Assembly: GCA_963786955.1 (NCBI GenBank)
Contig: CAWBAT010000006.1
Coordinates: 992,001 to 1,056,000 of the forward strand
Source: an uncultured Acidimicrobiia bacterium
GTDB taxonomy: Bacteria > Acidobacteriota > Terriglobia > Versatilivoradales > Versatilivoraceae
Direction: 5' to 3'
DNA: 64,000 nt
In this document: piece by piece, positions 58,171-64,000 of the stretch
How positions within the stretch are numbered: the stretch's first letter is position 1
How the letters are laid out: every line of letters starts with the position of its first letter
Made by a program: the position numbers and the translations under genes
Notes under the pieces: model-generated
Told to the model about the DNA's origin: nothing
The model's input: only the letters and a program-made list of their open reading frames with translations
The model's database searches: none

Positions 58171-58187
58171 TTGGCATGAAGTTTGCT
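58171..58187 (+). promoter_or_regulatory. putative sigma-54 (-24/-12) promoter
   Basis: TTGGCATGAAGTTTGCT, i.e. GG-N10-GC with flanking consensus, about 460 bp upstream of dcaP. Confidence 0.5.
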
Positions 58188-58647
58188 ATTGAGTGGAGTG
58201 AGGTATTGTCTCCAGCCGCTCACTTCATGGACGGGATCGCACCAGACGGAATGCGAGCAACGAGATGAAGAAAGCAGGGGTGGAAGTGCCTACATCGGAG
58301 ACGAGAGTCATTGAGAAGAAAACTTAGTTGTTTCAATGGCCTTGACTTTCGGGTGGGCCGATCATTGCTCTGTGCTTTTTTTGGCGGACAGAGGGGCTCA
58401 AACGATCGCCATCAATCCAGACCGACTCATGACTTCCAGGTCAAGATGCTGCCTAGTCCACTCATTCGCTTGGATCTGAATTTGTTGCTTTATGTTACTC
58501 ACCGTGAGGAACCATTGCACCTCGGTTCCTCACTCCCAAGGGATCTAGAGTCCCCGTAAGGTCTATCTGCTAAAAGAGCATTTCAAAATACGGTTGCTAT
58601 CATGAGCGCCAAGGCAAGGTCGGTTTAGTAAGGAGAAAGGAGGATTT

Positions 58648-60129
58648 ATGCAGTTGCATGCTCCAACAAAAGAGAACCTAGGTAGAGGGGCAGTTCTTTT
58701 GTTAATTGCATTTCTGGCGATTGCGGCTCATCCACTCCGAGCGCAATCACAGGAGGCCCAAAAGGAAATACCAGATTTGCAGCAGCTGAAGATTAAGCTC
58801 CTGCAACTGGAACAGGCTATGCAAGACCTGAAAAATCAGATTGGCATCGTGGAGCAGGCACAGAAAGCTGCTGGAACCTCTGTCCCCGCACCCCCTCCAC
58901 CTGTCGAGAGTGCCCAGAAAACACCCGCACCCGCTCCTCCTGTCGAAAGCGCCCAGAAAAAATCTGAAAAACCCCCAGTGGCTGTTGCCCAAAAACCGGG
59001 CTCAGACAACACTATCCAATTGTATGGCTTCGTGATGATGGACTCAGGATACGATTTCAAGACAAATAATCCGGACTGGTTCGACGTAGTCCGTCCAACG
59101 AAGTTGCCAGCGTTCAACGGAGAATTTGCCCCGGATGGGAAATTCTATTATGGAGTTCGGCAGACCCGGTTTGGAGTGAAGTCAACCAGGGAAACAAAAT
59201 TTGGCGATCTTAAGACCATTTTTGAATTTGAGTTGTTTGGAACAGGCGTCGACGCCGGTCAGACGACCTTTCGTCTTCGGCATGCTTATGGCGAGCTAGG
59301 ACATTTCGGTGCAGGCCAAACCTGGAGCCCCTTCATGGACATCGATGTCTTTCCCAATTCACTCGAGTACTGGGGACCCAACGGGATGGTCTTTTTCCGT
59401 AACGTGCAGTTTCGCTGGATTCCGATCAAAAGTGAGCGCGGTGAAGTCAACATTGCCATTGAACGCCCCGGGGCAAGCGCTGATCAGGGAGTTTATCAAG
59501 ACCGGATTGAGCTCGAAGGGGTCAGGAGCCAATTCAATATGCCTGACATATCGGGGAATGCCAGGTTGATCAGAAATTGGGGGTACGTGCAGGCGGCAGG
59601 GATTGTCAGGAAGATATCGTGGGTTGACACCAACAATGATGCCTTTAATCTCAGCGGGACCGCTTGGGGGTATGGTTTGAATCTGACCTCAAATCTCAAA
59701 TTCGGAAAGAAAGACGTTGGAAAATTTGCTTTCGTCTATGGCCAAGGTATCGAGAACTACATGAATGACGCCCCAGTCGATATTGGCATTCAAAACAACT
59801 TCAGTGATCCGGTCAAGCCGGTCAAGGGCGTGGCATTGCCGGTACTTGGCATCGTGTCATTCGTGGACCACACTTGGAACAAAAAGTTCAGCACGGCGCT
59901 CGGCTATTCCATGCTGAACATCCAGAACTCCGACGCGCAGCTTCCCTCAGCATTTCATCAGGGCCATTATGCGCTGGGGAACTTACTTTACTATCCAGTT
60001 GATAGTGTCATGCTGGGTGGTGAATTCCAGTTTGGAAGGCGGTTGAACTTTATGGACGGCTTTAATGCGAATGACTATCGCATCCAGTTCTCATTCAGGT
60101 ACAACTGGTCGAAAACTTTCGGATATTGA
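58648..60129 (+). CDS. dcaP: DcaP family outer-membrane porin
   Basis: Signal peptide, N-terminal coiled coil, VRQTRFG, FRLRHAY and GQTWSPF motifs. Confidence 0.88.
   Translation: MQLHAPTKENLGRGAVLLLIAFLAIAAHPLRAQSQEAQKEIPDLQQLKIKLLQLEQAMQDLKNQIGIVEQAQKAAGTSVPAPPPPVESAQKTPAPAPPVESAQKKSEKPPVAVAQKPGSDNTIQLYGFVMMDSGYDFKTNNPDWFDVVRPTKLPAFNGEFAPDGKFYYGVRQTRFGVKSTRETKFGDLKTIFEFELFGTGVDAGQTTFRLRHAYGELGHFGAGQTWSPFMDIDVFPNSLEYWGPNGMVFFRNVQFRWIPIKSERGEVNIAIERPGASADQGVYQDRIELEGVRSQFNMPDISGNARLIRNWGYVQAAGIVRKISWVDTNNDAFNLSGTAWGYGLNLTSNLKFGKKDVGKFAFVYGQGIENYMNDAPVDIGIQNNFSDPVKPVKGVALPVLGIVSFVDHTWNKKFSTALGYSMLNIQNSDAQLPSAFHQGHYALGNLLYYPVDSVMLGGEFQFGRRLNFMDGFNANDYRIQFSFRYNWSKTFGY
58885..58962 (+). repeat. 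39 bp tandem duplication in DcaP linker
   Basis: PAPPPPVESAQKT / PAPAPPVESAQKK. Confidence 0.85.
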
Positions 60130-60296
60130 GGGAATGAGAATGGCAATCCAAAGAGCAGTTCAGCCCTTGAGGTCTGCATTTCAAGGTCTAAAACCTGCTA
60201 TCTATTACAGTGCACTCTCATTCAATCTCTCTTCATACTTAAGAGGGTATCGGTTCAGGGGAATTGTGTGCGGCGCCAGATGTCCCTTGACAAAGG

Positions 60297-60475
60297 GAAG
60301 CTGGGAAAAATTCCCCTCCTATTTTAGGAGGGGCTGAAGCCCGCCAGGGCTTCGGGGTGGTAAGGGTCGCCTGCAAGCCGCGATGGGAGCGAATCGGCAC
60401 GATCCACCACCCCCTGAAGGACTGAGGCCCTTCAGTTCCCCTCCTGACCCAGGAGGGGAGTTCTTTCACAGCTTC
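60297..60475. mobile_element. MITE-like element with cccctcct..aggagggg palindromes
   Basis: gaagctgggaaaaatt / agttctttcacagcttc inverted ends, same family as ends at 26278. Confidence 0.68.
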
Positions 60476-60599
60476 AGACTCGGGCTCGTCGGCGTTTGGC
60501 AGCTGGCGCGTGGCGTGAAGCGAGTAAGAATTATCTGGCGGGCAATAGTCTAGCCAGCAGAATTCTTGTCGACTTCAAGCAAAGACCAGTGGTGACACA

Positions 60600-61938
60600 A
60601 TGCTTCTATGGGTAGAGCTTGCGGTGCTCTTGGCCTCGATTGTCGTGGGGGCTCGGCTGGGCGGGATAGGGCTTGGGCCGATGGGTGGCCTAGGGCTCTT
60701 GGTGTTTGTCTTTTTGTTCCGTCTTCCTCCGGGGAGCCCTCCAGGCACCGTCCTGGGTATGATCCTGGCGGTAATCACGGCGCTCTCGCTCATGCAGGCC
60801 GCAGGGGGTCTTGACTTTGTCATCCAGCTCGCAGAGAAAGTCCTGCGCCGAAACCCTGGCCGCGTGACCATCCTCGCCCCACTCGTCACCTACGTTCTGA
60901 TCCTGGCCTCCGGCACGCAGCACGTCATCTATGCCTTGCTGCCGGTGATCGCCGAGGTTGCGCGCAAGGCCGGGATTCGGCCTGAGCGGCCGCTCTCGAT
61001 CAGCGTGATCGCTTCGCAGCACGGGCTCGTGGCGTCACCAGTTTCCGCAGCGACAGTCGCCCTCATCGGGGGTCTAGCCGCTACGGGAATAGGGCTGCCC
61101 CAAATCTTAATGATCACGATTCCGGCAACATTCCTCGGCGTTGTGGCCGGCACGTTCTCAGTGGCTTTCCGGGGCAAGGAATTAGCCGATGATCCCGAGT
61201 ATCAAAGGCGGCTCGCAGAAGGGAAAGTAACCCCTCCAGCGGCGCGGAGCGAACTGACCGGCCCCGATCGGAGGAAAGCCATCGGGTCTTGTATGGTCTT
61301 CCTGGCCGCGATTATTGCCGTTGTCTTGATTGGGTTGTTTCCGGGCCTCCGGCCGATCTATGAGAAGGTCGCGGAGGGTGTGACGGAAACCGGCCAAGTC
61401 GAGATGGGCCGAGCAGTCATGATCATCATGATGGCAGCGGCCGGTCTGTTACTGGTGGTCTTCCGCGCCGACCCTGAAAAGGCAGTGAAGGGTAGCATCA
61501 TGAAAGGTGGCCTTACCGCTATCATCTGCATCCTAGGGGTCTCTTGGATGGGGTCGTCCTTCTTTGAAGGCAACCAGACACAAATCGTGAACGTCATCTC
61601 CTCAGTTGTGAAGGCCCAACCGTGGGTCTACGCTGCGGGCCTCTTCGCTCTTTCAATTTTGCTTTTTAGCCAAGCCGCGACGATTGTCACCCTGGTCCCT
61701 GTGGCGCTGGCTCTTGGTTTACCGGTACCGCTCATCGTAGGCGCATACCCGGCTGTGAACGGTAATTTCTTCCTTCCCACCTACGGCACGGTGCTGGCCG
61801 CCGTCTCCTTTGACCAGACCGGGACAACCCGGATCGGGAGAGTACTTGCTCAATCATAGTTTTATGCTCCCGGGGCTGGTAACAACTGTGACTGCCACAG
61901 TCGTGGCTTCTGTCATGGCCCAATGGCTCTTAAAGTAA
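60600..61938 (+). CDS. anaerobic C4-dicarboxylate transporter (DcuA/DcuB family), frameshift near 61840
   Basis: GARLGGIGLG, AAGGLD, RPERP, SPVSAA and FLPTY motifs; DQTGTTRIG|YLLNHSFMLPGL continues in another frame to TAA 61938. Confidence 0.88.
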
Positions 61939-61949
61939 TCTGGAGGTTC

Positions 61950-64000
<2,051 letters not shown>

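Overview
Bacterial 64 kb accessory region. Gene content and intergenic repeats suggest an Acidobacteriota-like host (inference). Almost all genes from 349 to 56120 lie on the - strand; a + strand block runs from 56.9 kb to the window end. The left part holds three DUF1254/DUF1214 secreted proteins, two arylsulfatases plus a remnant, a GH63-like glucosidase with a frameshifted SemiSWEET, DUF2252, DUF4239, HdeD, an internally deleted ClC and a repeat-flanked GxxExxY gene. The middle part holds phosphoketolase, a transaldolase homolog with substituted catalytic residues, DUF2950/DUF3300, a K+ channel pore protein, two PPK2s, two SulP, two beta-carbonic anhydrases, MscS and a high-GC, heavily frameshifted F1Fo ATP synthase operon (atpBEFHAGDC). 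The right part holds a glutaminase, DcaP porin, Dcu transporter, aspartase and type II asparaginase, and all three enzymes carry N-terminal signal peptides. Overall it reads like a pH/energy-stress island (inference). Intergenic spaces are packed with nested REP palindromes and MITE-like elements. No rRNA, tRNA, CRISPR array or transposase was recognised. Many single-base frameshifts may be long-read assembly errors. All family assignments come from motif recognition by eye, not database searches.
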